Source of the DNA: Diplonema japonicum
Lineage: Eukaryota > Protista > Euglenozoa: Diplonemea
DNA length: 64,000 nt
NCBI GenBank assembly: GCA_964019335.1
Contig: OZ025670.1
Location: 634,221-698,220, forward strand
Direction: 5' to 3'
A program made the translations under genes and the position numbers. Below the pieces are notes generated by a model. That model searched no databases, was not told where the DNA came from, and saw only the letters and a program-made list of their open reading frames with translations. Positions 35,727-48,734 of this stretch are shown here, piece by piece. Every line of letters begins with the position of its first letter. The first letter of the stretch is position 1.

Positions 35727-37012
35727 ATGAATCATTGCTTGCGAAGCCAAGCGAGAAGGCTTTCATGCACGACATCGTTGTTGAAGTTTGGCAGGTCGCG
35801 CGACCCGACAACATTGCCTGCGTACAAAAGAAGAGCTGTTGATGTCGTGAAGAGCCATTTGATGGTGCCTGCCCCGAAGTATCAGGTAATGGAGATGGAA
35901 CCGGAAGACCGTATTGACTGGCATGAGGTGCCAAACACCCACATTGGTACACCTGTGATTGACATGGTGCGGGACATCACGGATTATCCTGCAAACGTGC
36001 TGGGCCCGTTGTTTAAGCAGAAGGCTCTTGTCCTTCAGAGCAGACACGGCAGGTCATACAACCTCACCGTCGGCTACCGCTTGAAGGAGGGGGACCTTCT
36101 TGGTATTCCAAAGGTGTTGCCCGAATTCCTCTACAAACGACTTGAAGGAGAGACCAGACCTGTGAGGAAGCTCTCTTTGGCAGAAGTAAAGCTTGTACGG
36201 TCTTGGGAGCTGTTCAGGACTGACGAGGTCATTGTCCTCAACAAGCCACCCGGAGTGGCATGCGATCGTATGTTTTCTACTAACGTCACTCAACACAGCG
36301 GCGAGAGGCAGCGGGCTCACACTGCACGATATGTTGCCGGGGCTTATGTATGACTACAACGAGCCGCCAAAGATGTGCAGCAAGCTTGAGAAGGAAGCAA
36401 GTGGGTGTATTGTGTTGAGCAGAAATCATGAAGGGTTCAAGCTGTTGAGGGATAAGCTGCGGTTAAAGCGCGCACCGACATTCTGCTTCTGGGCAGCTGT
36501 GACGAGAAAGCCTAAGACAGAGAGCGGCAGGATTGAGATGAACCTTGATGTCGAGAAGAAGGCGTCTGGGGACAGGGTGATCATCCGTATGCAAGAAACG
36601 GGAACGTCAATGAAGTCGAAGCTGGAATACAGCGTGGTGTCCGACAGCAGCATGGGCCCCGCATGGGTGTCATATTACCCTTTGACAGAGCGGAGGAATG
36701 ACCTGCGTATTGCGTCGGCAATGATCATGAAGGCGCCCATTTTGGGGGACTTGAAGTATGCCTTATGACCTCCTCACTTGTTACAGGTACGGTGGTGACG
36801 CTGCTGTGCCACAAAATCAGCTTGCGCGTTTGATTGGAAAAAGGACGAACGACCTGGACCTGCACCTCCACTGCCACCAGGTGTCACTGCCGTACGAAGA
36901 CATCCGCGGCAGACGACGTATTGTATCAGCTCCCCTCCCTCCTCACATGAAGTCTTTGTGGGACTTCATGCACTGGAACACAAAACACCAGGACCCTTAC
37001 CTGGCATGGTAG
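35727..37012 (+). CDS. RluA/RPUSD-family pseudouridine synthase-like protein, probably mitochondrial, with an altered catalytic motif; introns 36268-36298, 36756-36786
   Basis: VLNKPPG, SKLEKEASG (in place of HRLDxxTSG), PILGDLKYGG, LHLHC, APLP. Arg-rich N-terminus. Confidence 0.8.
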
Positions 37013-37079
37013 AATTTCACGTGTACTTTTAATTTAAGTAGCGGTTTTAATCACGCAGGTGGATGACGTAGCTGGGATC

Positions 37080-38455
37080 ATGTCGCACAGAAGCGTCCCT
37101 GTCAAAGATGCTTTAAAGGCCGTGCAATTGAGAAGGGATTACAAGAAGCTGAAGGTCATCACACACCACCGCAGCAGATTGCTGTGGACTAGCGAGCTAA
37201 TCGAAGAGATCAGGGCAGGGCAGTACGGTTCGCATGTGTACACAGCTAGCTTGCAGCTGCTAAGATCTTTCCCCGAGCCTAAAGCGACTATGGAGATAAT
37301 ACATGATATGCAGCAAAAAGGCATACGCCCCGAACGGGCAGCACTTTCTACCGCACTGAATGCAATGTCGGTGCGGCGCTTACACCCCAAAGACTTTGAA
37401 ATCATCTGGTCATGGATGGTAAGGGCCGGGGTGAAGCCTATCCTTGATCACTATCTAGCGTATGCAAGGTTGTTGCTTAAGATGGGAGACTACAGCAAGA
37501 CGTTGCATATGTTCGAACACTTGCAGAAGCCACGGTCTTGGTATGCTACTATGATACGGGGATGCCCAAGTGTGTCTCAGTCCGTAGAGCTTTTCCTTGA
37601 GTACGAGCGGATAGGGGTACTCCAGCACGCTCACTTCCATGCACTGCTGAAGCCCAAGACACGAGAAACGCAATCGGCAGTGTGGAACGGCGACTGCGGG
37701 TTCAATGATGAACGATGCAAAGCAAGAAACGTAGCTACACGCGAGCACGTGGTGTGGGTGCTGGAGAAGATGCACGAGCATGGCTTTGTTCCGAACAGCC
37801 TCACAATGTCTTGTGTAGTGGCATGCTACAAGGAGAGCAGAGACTACAAGGCACTGCGTGAGACATTGGAAGTATTTGGGAAAGTAGGTTGTATCATGTC
37901 AGTAGTGCACTACACAGTGATCATCAGGGCGTTGGCTATGGTTACACAGCACCGCAGTGACGAGGCTTCTGTGCTGGGAAGGGTGTGGTACCAACAGGCT
38001 TCAAACGAGGGCCATGCTAATGACAATTTGCTTTGTGCTGCAATACTCCAATTATATGCGAATGGTGGAGATGTACAAGCGGTAAACGAAAAGTTGAAAC
38101 AGGTATCTAAAAGAAAGAAAGAAAGAAAGAAAATAATGCTGACTCACCACAGCTCAAGCAAAGCGTTATCGCAACCCACGTGCTAGGCGAGTATTTGGGC
38201 AAGGCAAAAGCTGCAAAGACAACTCGAACAAACAAATACCTTGATGTTGATGTGTCTGACTATCCGCCCGCCGTCGTGTGCTACCCTGAGTGGGTAGACG
38301 AGACTCTTGTGAAGAAGGAAGGTTTGCATGTAGAAGGTCCCAGTGACTCTTATGAGCTGGATCACAAGAACCACGTGAATACCAACGATGGGGAGTATCT
38401 TAACGATTTCTGCGACGTGGCTACTGCTGTAGCACATGCACGGAGATACGTTTAG
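37080..38455 (+). CDS. Pentatricopeptide-repeat (PPR) protein; intron 38103-38152
   Basis: Repeated M...G..P....Y..(L/I)I motifs: MQQKGIRP, MVRAGVKP, MHEHGFVPN. Confidence 0.75.
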
Positions 38456-38507
38456 TTTTTAGAGTATTTTTAGACATTTGTCGTGTTCGCATCCAATCAG
38501 GGGGGCA

Positions 38508-39975
38508 ATGTTGTCCGGTTTAAGCATCCATGTCGCGCTCAAGGCGAGCACAAAGGAGCATAAAACTACATCGAAGCTTGTTGAGGATAACGGCGGACAG
38601 GTATCGGCTACAATTACTCCTTAGTGCAAACATTAGGTTACTGAGCTTTTGGAAGCTGACGTGGCAATAGCCAAGAAGGGAAGTGCCATGATAAAAACCA
38701 TTGACGAAGCTGAAGTTCCTTGTGTGAATTCCACATGGTAGGTAGTAAGCTATGACATGACACGACATGACTCACAGGTTACGAAAGACAATTAGCCAAG
38801 GACAGCCACTTCCGTACGACAGCTACCTCTTGGGAAATGAAGGCAATGGTATGTGCCCAGCGTTTCTTTACCCTCGCAGAACCGGCACGGAGCTCCAAGC
38901 GCTCCCGAGAGGAGACAGAAGAATCGCCTGTTATGAAAGCGAAAAGGACGCCCCCCAAGAAAGTAAAGAAAAAGCGACTGAACGTTGCCATATCTACTGG
39001 TTTAGATGACTCAGCACTTCTCCCAATCATCAGACTGCTGGGTGGCACTGTTAGCGACGCGAAGAGTGCGCTTACTGAGCATGTACCGTTGGCTGCTTTG
39101 ATATCAGACGAGGACAGCATGACCGGCGAAGCGGCCCTTGCGGTCATCTGTGGCCAGAATGTCGTGTCCACCGAGTGGGTATTCGCTAGTTTGGAAGCTA
39201 GCGAGTGGCTTGACGTGGAGCCTTATTTGATATTCCGCAGCGGCATGGATAGGGCCAAGACTGAGGAGCTGCCATTCAGGAAGATGAGTATCCTCCTCAG
39301 GGGCCGTGTAGAGCACCCGATTGGGGAGCTGTGCACCAAGCTCATCATCACACGCGGTGGTGGTAAGATCGCTGACTCAATCGAAAAAGCCGATATCGTA
39401 GTTGACTTTGCCGGCCGTGGCAAAAGGCCCCACGCGCCTGTTATGGTCCAACCAAGTTGGTTGTTCCGCTCAGCGGAGGGCTACGAGCTGCTCCCCATTG
39501 ATGTATGCATGATTTTTCAACCTATCCATTACAGGACTATAAAATTGCCACAAATGGGGAAGGCCCCAATAAAGTGCCAGACCCAGTGAACAACGACAAG
39601 GCGGCACAAGCAAAGGAAAAGAAGCAGAAGGACAAAGAACAGAAAGAGAAAGAGAAAGCAATGAAGGAAGAGGAGAAGAAAGAAAAAGAAGAAAGGAAGA
39701 AAATGGAAAGGGAGAAGGAGAAACAGAAGAAGGAGGAGCAAAAGCGAAAGAAAGAAGAGGAGAAGGAGGAGGAAAGGAAAAAGAAAGAAGCAAAGAAAGC
39801 AGAGGTGGAGAAGAGTAAGAAAGAAGAAAAAAGAATCGAGGAAGAGCAGGAAAAAGAAGAGAAGAACAACGAAGAAGCTGTCGCGACTGAAGATGAGGTT
39901 CCGGAGTCGAGTGAAGCCTGTGCCTCGTCAGTTTCAGAAGACATGCTGATTGACGACTCTGATATTATAGTTTAG
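38508..39975 (+). CDS. Three-BRCT-domain protein with a Lys/Glu-rich tail; introns 38601-38636, 38738-38777, 38849-38879, 39503-39534
   Basis: Spliced N-terminal BRCT (NGGQV..VNSTWL..YL) plus tandem BRCT (LLGG..VVSTEWV; GGGKI..VQPSWL). Four frame-restoring introns. Confidence 0.75.
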
Positions 39976-40074
39976 AGCCAGTCTGTGTTTTTAACACCAA
40001 CGCAAGGGCCCTAGCTCTTCCTCCACTTTTCTTCGGTGTATTTCTGTGACAGGCTTCATTACCTCCAGGAACAG

Positions 40075-40973
<899 letters not shown>

Positions 40974-41048
40974 ATTATTGATATATTAGACTCTGATTTT
41001 AGAACTACAAGGCATTCATCTTTTACAAGTCATTCTTGCAGTCCCCAG

Positions 41049-41939
41049 ATGGCACTGTTCAAGAACCAAGTAGTTCTCCCGAATTGCGGCGATGTGCGAC
41101 AAATGACTGGGGATCCGAACGGCTTGTTTCTATTATTATCACGTGACGAGGGTAGCGAGGTGGTACCACTGCGCAAGGGAGCAAAGAGCTTGAATCTATC
41201 GCGTGATGCACAAGTGGTCCCCCTCCTCGACCCGTCCACGTCGATAGTGTTGGACCTTGTCCATGAAGACGGGAAGTACGCGCCATATGCCTACAATCTG
41301 GAGAGTAACAATGCTTGGTCTGACATTCCCGTTACCATCAGCCCTTTCGTGTCGGCTTCATTGGCAGTTGACACGACAGGTTCGCAAGCGACCCTAGTGT
41401 CCCAGAAGGAAGATGCTGTTCCTGCCTTCTACACATCCTTCAACCTCATAGCCGTCCTTGTTGATGGATACGTCACTGTGTTTGATGTCCATGTTGCCGA
41501 CGAGGTTAAGATTTCCCTCAAATGGCACACGGTAACACAAATATCTCGGAGTGCCTCCGAGCTTTCGGCAGTCCTGACGCAGCGGTACTTCATAGTAGGT
41601 GTTGGTAACGAGGTAAAGATGTGTTTCTCAGGATCAGAGGATCCCTCAACGGCTGTTGTGAAGTCGCATCAGTTCGAAGCTTCTGAGGTTGTGAAGGAAG
41701 TGGTTGTGTTGTCTAACAACAAGGTTTTGGTACTGGTGGCTTCCGGGTTGTACATATTCAGCCTGGCCATGCCCTTCAAAGCGACTCCTTCTGTGATGCA
41801 AGTACTGCTCAGCACGCGTGCTCATGTTGAACATATAGCAGCTTTCCCAACCTTCTTGGACCCTTTCGTAGCTTCTTCTGACTGTCTAACATGCTTGGCT
41901 TGTAGCGATGGGGTATGCCAGGTTTACACCATGACATAA
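41049..41939 (+). CDS. Hypothetical beta-rich (propeller-like) protein
   Basis: 296-aa ORF directly after a CAG acceptor. Confidence 0.65.
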   Translation: MALFKNQVVLPNCGDVRQMTGDPNGLFLLLSRDEGSEVVPLRKGAKSLNLSRDAQVVPLLDPSTSIVLDLVHEDGKYAPYAYNLESNNAWSDIPVTISPFVSASLAVDTTGSQATLVSQKEDAVPAFYTSFNLIAVLVDGYVTVFDVHVADEVKISLKWHTVTQISRSASELSAVLTQRYFIVGVGNEVKMCFSGSEDPSTAVVKSHQFEASEVVKEVVVLSNNKVLVLVASGLYIFSLAMPFKATPSVMQVLLSTRAHVEHIAAFPTFLDPFVASSDCLTCLACSDGVCQVYTMT

Positions 41940-42229
41940 CAACAGAGTATCTTCCTTTGTCCTGCCAGAGAACTTACGGAGCTTGCTGGAAAACAGAATA
42001 GATCTAAAACAGAGTGCAACACAACGCGAAAAGGTTATTCTAAAGGCACTTTAATAGAGGATCATGTGATGTGTATCGGTGCCGAGTGCACGAAGGTCTG
42101 CATGGTGCCACCGCACTATGTTTTTGTGTGTTGTGGATCGCCTAGTGACTCGAAGGTCATAATGTTTACTTTGCAGTTACCGTATTCAGCGCTTGCACTT
42201 CACAATGAGCAACACTATCACAGAATAGA

Positions 42230-45200
42230 ATGAACTATGACATTTCTTTCGGATCAGAATTGGATCAGATGAGCATTGATCAGGATGAGATAATTCACCT
42301 TCCGAGATCGAAGCATCCTGGGAGGACAATTTCAAGGGATGTGATTTGTTATGGATGTTCGTTCCTGGCATGCGCAGTAGCGATAGCTGTAGTGTGTATT
42401 GTAGTATTCAATACTGACGATTCACATGAGGATGACAACACCACAAGTGGGAAGCAGTTTATCAGACTCGTCAACGGCGACGTCCCCTCTGAGGGGAGAG
42501 TAGAGGTGTACCATGGCAGTGGTTGGGGCACTGTTTGTAGTGATAACTGGGACGTTCTAGATGCTACTGTGGTGTGCAAGCAACTTGGATATGCTGGGGC
42601 GTCTGACGCGCCTAAGGATGCTTTTTTCAGTGAAGGGAACGGGTCCATATGGCTAGATAATGTGAGATGTATGGGGAGCGAAGATTCGTTGCTATCGTGT
42701 CCAAGCCTTGGATGGGGCACCCATGACTGTCTTCACAGCCAAGATGCATCGGTTGTGTGTACAAACGAGATGCCTTGCGGGAGTTGTCCAGCGCTTCCGG
42801 TTCATGTGGGTCCTGTCTCTACAACCTTTGTTTTCTTGTGTGAAATCATGGCCAATGTTTCATCTACCTCACAGTGGAAACAAGTGAAATCCAAGCCTGG
42901 CACGCTGCTCACGATATCTATGAAGAACGGGAGCCCATTGTTCTACAACGGTACTGCAGTTTACGGAGGCTCTAGTGCTTGCTTGCTGAATTTGGCCGAT
43001 GATGTCGTAAGCGGAAAGTATGTCGGCCAGCTTCACGGCAGCAGCGGGGAACTTCACTGGATGCTATTGAACAGCAACAACTGGGAGGTGTCTCAAACCG
43101 ACACGTTCCCACCATTTGTAGAGTCTGTGGTCGTCTTGCCAAATCAGGTGATACGAAAGCACCCCACGACGCCCCAGCCTACAAAAGCACCTTGTTCATT
43201 CGGCGGGGTTTTGCAAAGTGCAACTTATCTAAAAGGCTGGGCACTGGGAGACTCAGCCACTTACACGGAAGAGGAAGCGATGACAAAGTGCATTTCGTAT
43301 AACTGGGGGTGCATGGGTATCACATGTAGCTCGGCTGATAAGTGTACCGTTCGTGCCCAAGCACAAATATTAACATCACCTTTCGGTGAGTATTCTTGCC
43401 TCAAACCAGAGCAGGAGCCTACTACGCCTGAAATTTGCATTGCCTGGAGGCAGACCGGTGGGTGCGTGTCTAGTGGTCCTAGGGAGCCAGACCGGGATAC
43501 TGACTGCAGCTACATGGTTCCAGCAGACGTGTCTGGCTATTGTCAATGTGGTGGTGGCAAAACAATCGACTTTTCTTGCGGTCCGCAAAGAGAGTACGGC
43601 AGCTGCGAGTATCTTTGCAAGCTCCCTCCTTATGACGAGTGTGTGGAAGATCATCCGTGCGGAGCCGAAGCAGAATGCAGCGACGCTAACACGTCACCTA
43701 ATAGCATCGGGGATGCGGTGTGCGTTTGTAGAAGTGGCTACACTGGCTATAGCACTAACAGCGTTCCTGAATGCACATCAGTTTATTCGTGGATAGAAGG
43801 CATACAGTGCCCAGAAAGCCTCTTTGAAATAGACAGTAGTGATGAGTGTTTGCAGGCAGCGATACAATTCAACAATCAAACGACTTCTGTTAGGACTGAG
43901 GGCTCGGGAGGGTGCCGCTTTGTGGATGATGAGTTTGTGTGGGGCCCGCCTGACCGTGCAGTTCAAATCAGCAGCAATGTCGCTACCTTATGCACGTCTA
44001 ATGCAATGCGTGGCGGTCTGGTTCCGCCACCTCAGACGTCTTCGAGTATCGAGAAGCAGGTGAATGCTGTTGGTAGCCTGCTGAAAAGAGTGCTAGGTGC
44101 TGATGCAAGCATGTTCCATGTTACTCTTGAACCCAGCCACGCAGACTCCTGCAGTCTTGATTCTGACGGGAAAACTGCGGATGTCAAAGGGAGTTCCATT
44201 TTAGCTGTGTGCAGGTGCATATATACATATATGAAAAAGAATGGGCTATCTGTCTCGTGGGGCAGAAAGAGAACTGGATACAATGTTTTTACAGTTGACT
44301 GGAGACCTGCGAACATTAAACACAAGGCTGTTGTCCCTCTACGGTATTCGTACAACACCTGCACCTTTAGCTATACTATGGCTTGGTGGGACTGGGATAG
44401 ATGGCAGCAGGAAATCGACTGGCTGGCATTGAGAGGTGTAAACCTACCTCTTGCATTTGTTGGACAGGAGAAAATCTGGAAGAATGTGTTTATGAATCTT
44501 GGGGTAAGCGACAGCGAAGTAAACACTTTTCTTGGAGGTGCTGCCTTTTTGGCTTGGGTATGTTTAGAATCTAACAGCTATCACACGCAGGAACGGATGG
44601 GGAATCTCGCTGAATGGGCAGGGCCGCTTTCCTCAGAGTTTATCAACAGCAGAAACAACCTGCAGGTGAAAATCCTAGATCGGATGCGTTCCCTGCGCAT
44701 GATGCCTGTGCTTCCTGCCTTTGCTGGTTATGTACCCCGTGTTATGAAGCAGCTATTCCCCAATTCGTCCTACGCCGAAAGCCAAAAGTGGAATGGGTTC
44801 GGTTCCACGGTGCTGCTGCAGCCTGATGACCCGCTGTTCGTGCATATATCTCAAATGATTATCAAAGAGCAGAAAGATACCTACGGCTGGGTGAGCCACT
44901 ATTATAATGCTGACACCTTCAACGAAATGCTTCCTTCCAGCAATGATCCATCATACCTGGCCGCTTCTGCTTCATCTGTTCTGGCGGGAATAAAACAAGG
45001 CGACCCATACGGCAAGTGGGTCATGCAAGGTTGGTTGTTTACAAATCACTGGTGGGGAAATGATGAGATCAGTGCCTACCTTTCTGATCTGCCAAGAAGT
45101 GACGTCCTTATTTTAGATTTGAACAGCGATGCAGCCCCCGTGTATCCGCGGACCAACAATTATTTCCACACTTCATTCGTGTGGTGCCTGCTCCACAACT

Positions 45201-46198
45201 TTGGAGGTCGCCCTGGCGTATACGGTAATATGGAAAATATCGCGAAGCAGTCGAGCGCAGCACTGAACAGAGTTGACGGCTCCATAGCAGGCATGGGAAT
45301 CACGATGGAGGCGACGCAACAGAATCCCATCGTCTATGATCTTTTGCTAGACCTCGCTTGGGACGGGACAGGTGCTGCTGCTGTCAGCAATTGGACAGAT
45401 GAATGGGTTGCATCGCGTTACGGACAAGGGAAGAAGCTGCAAGATGCATGGGACATCCTTTCCACTACTCTTTACAATGGCGAAGTAAACCCTCCTACTG
45501 ATAAGTGGATCATCTACAGCACACCCAACCTGAATAGTATGAAATGCGGCTGCTCGTACTGTCACGAAGATAGCAAAGTACACATTGCATGGTCAACCTT
45601 CCTCGATGCAGCAGCTACAGAGAGCTTGCTATGGAAGCGTGATCTGGCTGTGTTTACTGGCCTCGTACTGCAAACTGCAGCATGTAGGTTGTTTGATGTT
45701 CTTGACGCAAGGTTTCAGAGGTACACGAACACTCAAACCTCTAAAGAGGCTGCTAAGAAAGAACTGCTATCCTCTCTGGGAGAGCTTCTAGATGTGTACG
45801 ACACGCTAGATGACGTATTATCGACTGACCCTAACTTGCAGTTGGCGTGCTGGCTTGATGATGCAGGATCGTGGGGAAGCACCCCGGATGCAACAGCTTT
45901 GCTAAGGTTTGGGGCAAGAAATCAGGTCACGCTTTGGGGGCCTGATCCGGACTATTTGAATGACTATGCAAAGAAGTCATGGAGTGGCTTGGTGAAACAT
46001 TACTACAAAGGACGGTGGAAGATTGTTAGGGATATGGTTGCGAACGATGCTTTAGAAGGTTATTTACGTGCAGTGAGAGAGTTTGAAATTTCTTGGAACA
46101 ACGCACCCTATAACCAATCTTCCTGTGGGGCGACGGGCGATATTTACCAGCTGGCTCTCTCTGTTAGAAGGAAGTACTACGCCGGGTTTGTTGCGTGA
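42230..46198 (+). CDS. Membrane-anchored GH89 alpha-N-acetylglucosaminidase with SRCR, Cys-rich and EGF-like modules; in-frame intron 44558-44590
   Basis: SRCR motif IRLVNG..EGRVEV..WGTVCSDNW. GH89 motifs YNTCTFSYTMAWWDW, AFLAW|ERMGN (after splicing), DTFNEM, LHNFGG, ARNQVTLWGP and DYAKKSWSG. Confidence 0.9.
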   Translation: MNYDISFGSELDQMSIDQDEIIHLPRSKHPGRTISRDVICYGCSFLACAVAIAVVCIVVFNTDDSHEDDNTTSGKQFIRLVNGDVPSEGRVEVYHGSGWGTVCSDNWDVLDATVVCKQLGYAGASDAPKDAFFSEGNGSIWLDNVRCMGSEDSLLSCPSLGWGTHDCLHSQDASVVCTNEMPCGSCPALPVHVGPVSTTFVFLCEIMANVSSTSQWKQVKSKPGTLLTISMKNGSPLFYNGTAVYGGSSACLLNLADDVVSGKYVGQLHGSSGELHWMLLNSNNWEVSQTDTFPPFVESVVVLPNQVIRKHPTTPQPTKAPCSFGGVLQSATYLKGWALGDSATYTEEEAMTKCISYNWGCMGITCSSADKCTVRAQAQILTSPFGEYSCLKPEQEPTTPEICIAWRQTGGCVSSGPREPDRDTDCSYMVPADVSGYCQCGGGKTIDFSCGPQREYGSCEYLCKLPPYDECVEDHPCGAEAECSDANTSPNSIGDAVCVCRSGYTGYSTNSVPECTSVYSWIEGIQCPESLFEIDSSDECLQAAIQFNNQTTSVRTEGSGGCRFVDDEFVWGPPDRAVQISSNVATLCTSNAMRGGLVPPPQTSSSIEKQVNAVGSLLKRVLGADASMFHVTLEPSHADSCSLDSDGKTADVKGSSILAVCRCIYTYMKKNGLSVSWGRKRTGYNVFTVDWRPANIKHKAVVPLRYSYNTCTFSYTMAWWDWDRWQQEIDWLALRGVNLPLAFVGQEKIWKNVFMNLGVSDSEVNTFLGGAAFLAWVCLESNSYHTQERMGNLAEWAGPLSSEFINSRNNLQVKILDRMRSLRMMPVLPAFAGYVPRVMKQLFPNSSYAESQKWNGFGSTVLLQPDDPLFVHISQMIIKEQKDTYGWVSHYYNADTFNEMLPSSNDPSYLAASASSVLAGIKQGDPYGKWVMQGWLFTNHWWGNDEISAYLSDLPRSDVLILDLNSDAAPVYPRTNNYFHTSFVWCLLHNFGGRPGVYGNMENIAKQSSAALNRVDGSIAGMGITMEATQQNPIVYDLLLDLAWDGTGAAAVSNWTDEWVASRYGQGKKLQDAWDILSTTLYNGEVNPPTDKWIIYSTPNLNSMKCGCSYCHEDSKVHIAWSTFLDAAATESLLWKRDLAVFTGLVLQTAACRLFDVLDARFQRYTNTQTSKEAAKKELLSSLGELLDVYDTLDDVLSTDPNLQLACWLDDAGSWGSTPDATALLRFGARNQVTLWGPDPDYLNDYAKKSWSGLVKHYYKGRWKIVRDMVANDALEGYLRAVREFEISWNNAPYNQSSCGATGDIYQLALSVRRKYYAGFVA

Positions 46199-46250
46199 TC
46201 TCACTTTAATTTTGTGTTGTCTTCTTATTAACTACCTACAGGACACCAAG

Positions 46251-48672
46251 ATGGGGAAGTCTAACGATGAGATTGAGATGCAATTGATGAAAGAAGATGC
46301 CACAAGTACAGATGAAGATGAGGAAGAGGAAGAGGACGAGGAAGAAGAAGAGGAGGAAGAGGAAGAGGAAGAGGGCCGTGACCTAAGTAGCGACACAGGA
46401 CATAATGATATCGTCGGGTCGATGCTTGCAGAGATCTCAAGAGCCAGGCTTGTCATAGCCTTCGGTCTTTTTGCTGCTTTAGTAGCATTTGTGCTACTGG
46501 TGCCTGTCAGGCTGCTCTACAACGGATATGAAGAGGTACAGAAATACGAAAAAACTGATACCAACTACGAGAACTCAATAATGAGTCTGAAGCAAGGATA
46601 CCTGTATGCAAAGCTTGGCCATGCACACCTTCAGTATATCTGGACTCTTGATACACAGAGCTTGACTGACTTTAATAGTGTGAAGCAGGAACTGCTGAGT
46701 GGGCTTGCTGTGCTTACTAACTTGTCCAACCCTGAAAGCTCTTATTTGGCACTGCAGGCGAAAGAAGTAGTTTTAAACTGGATTGAAGCGGCAGATACAC
46801 AAGTTGGGAGAGGCACAAATCTGAAAAACAAAGAGACGCAACAGCAGTTAGTCAGGGCGAGTTACAAAGGGATGTCAAAAACGAACTGGCATGCTGAGCT
46901 CAAAGGTCAATGTTCAGCGCAGCTAGCTCTTGTCAGCTCCAACACGGGTGCTTTGTCGTTCTTCAACAGCTTGAAGAGCACAATGCTTGCTGTGACAGAA
47001 TTGGATGAGGCCCTGTACTTGGCCTTGCTGTTTGGCACCGCGGCCTCGCGGGTGGAAGTGGAAAGCAAGCAACGGACCCTGACCGACACACTCACAGCTC
47101 TGCAAGGCGAGGTCAATTCTTTAGAAAGCATCCCTAACCTATCCTTCAGTCTACTCATAAGTAGAGGCAAGGTGTCTTCTTGGATATCACTCTTGACAGA
47201 GGAAACATTGAAAGTGTCGTCTATTCTTAACGACAGGGCAGCGCAGGGTGACAGTGACGATGAGTTTTGCAGATTTATAGAAACAATTGCCTACTTTGAC
47301 CACGGCATGATTATTTCACCTTTGCAAGACTTAGCAGCACTGGAGTTCACGCGCTTTGCAAAAGTCGATAAGTACGATACATCGCTAGTTATGTTCAACA
47401 CTGTCTTCTGGGCAACAGCCGTTTCAACAGCCACAGTTATTAGCAGTTATCTTATGTTGCCAAGAGTTAAAAGCTTGACTGGTTCGAGGTTCTTGGTGTA
47501 CTGCTTTGTGCACATAGTTATTGTAGCGGCGACATGCAGCATCATAGGAAGTATAGCAATTGACGCTGTGGACAAAGAAGAAGAACTGATGGAGACGATG
47601 AAAGTGAATTATGCTGCTTTGAGCAACGCAATGCAAGCCAACAACCAATGGCTGCACTGTTTGATCGGGGTAGACAAACATCTGCTGCAAGGCACTACCG
47701 CATCACGCATAGATTATGAAGAGAAGTACACCAAACTGCAAAATAGCCTCACTCGCCTTAACGTCCAGGAAGTGCCCACTACACTTGTGGACAATGCATA
47801 CGAAGGATCACTGCTCCGCCAGAAAGTGCACCTTCGAAAGACCACTGAAGAGACTTTGCTGCACAACACACGAAAGAGTGTGAGCAACTCAAGATCGCAG
47901 TTGAAGAAGAGCCATGATCTTTTCTGTACCTTGGTACGAGGAGCTATCGATGCAGCACCCCAAAGTAGTTTTTCTATCAAGGTGCAAGACGTGTTGTTCC
48001 AGCTGCAGCTTAACAGGGAGAAGATTCCTGAAGAGATAATAAGCCAAATTCTTAGTTATCGTGATCAGAAGATGAATCTCGACGTCCCTCACATGCTGCA
48101 GCAACAGGAGGGATTAAAAGTGGCTTTTGAGGCTGCACTACGACAGTGGATGGAACAAGACATTGGGCGGGAACACATAGTGAGCGAGATGCTGAATGCA
48201 AATGAGTCTCTTGAGTCGCAGATGCGGGGGTGGTGGGCAGCACTCATGCAGATTCTAGAGGAGGGGCAGGCACTTAATCAGATGGGTGCAACAGTGTCGC
48301 TTGGCTCGCTTCGGAATTACCGTGCAGCCGCTTACGATATCACAGAACTGAAAAGCCAGATGGATCAAGTGGTGGGCTCGCTCTCTGTAAAATTACAGGA
48401 AAAAGCGTCCGCAACTGTCATCAAAGAGCGTGACAGCATAAAGTTCCTAAGGATAAACATTACCTGGGTAAGTGTTGCGGGGGCCTTGACTGCAACATTG
48501 TTATGGTATGCACAAAGTACGCACCCACTCATTCTACAGGCTATTCACATGGCACTCCCTTTTTGCCGACACGTTGTTTACTATTCAAGGCTTCTTGCAG
48601 GACGAAGTTCACGACGAAGAGAAAGAAGAGTACAGTGTGACTAAAAAACCGTCTCAGTATTTGAAGATTTGA
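46251..48672 (+). CDS. Four-TM protein with two large helical loop domains and an acidic N-terminus; intron 48506-48539
   Basis: TM - ~290 aa - TM TM - ~310 aa - TM layout. Poly-Glu N-terminus. Confidence 0.7.
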
Positions 48673-48734
48673 GCCATTTTCATGGTAAAGGTTAACTTCT
48701 ATTCATGTGCAGATTTTTTTTGTCGGGTTTGCAA

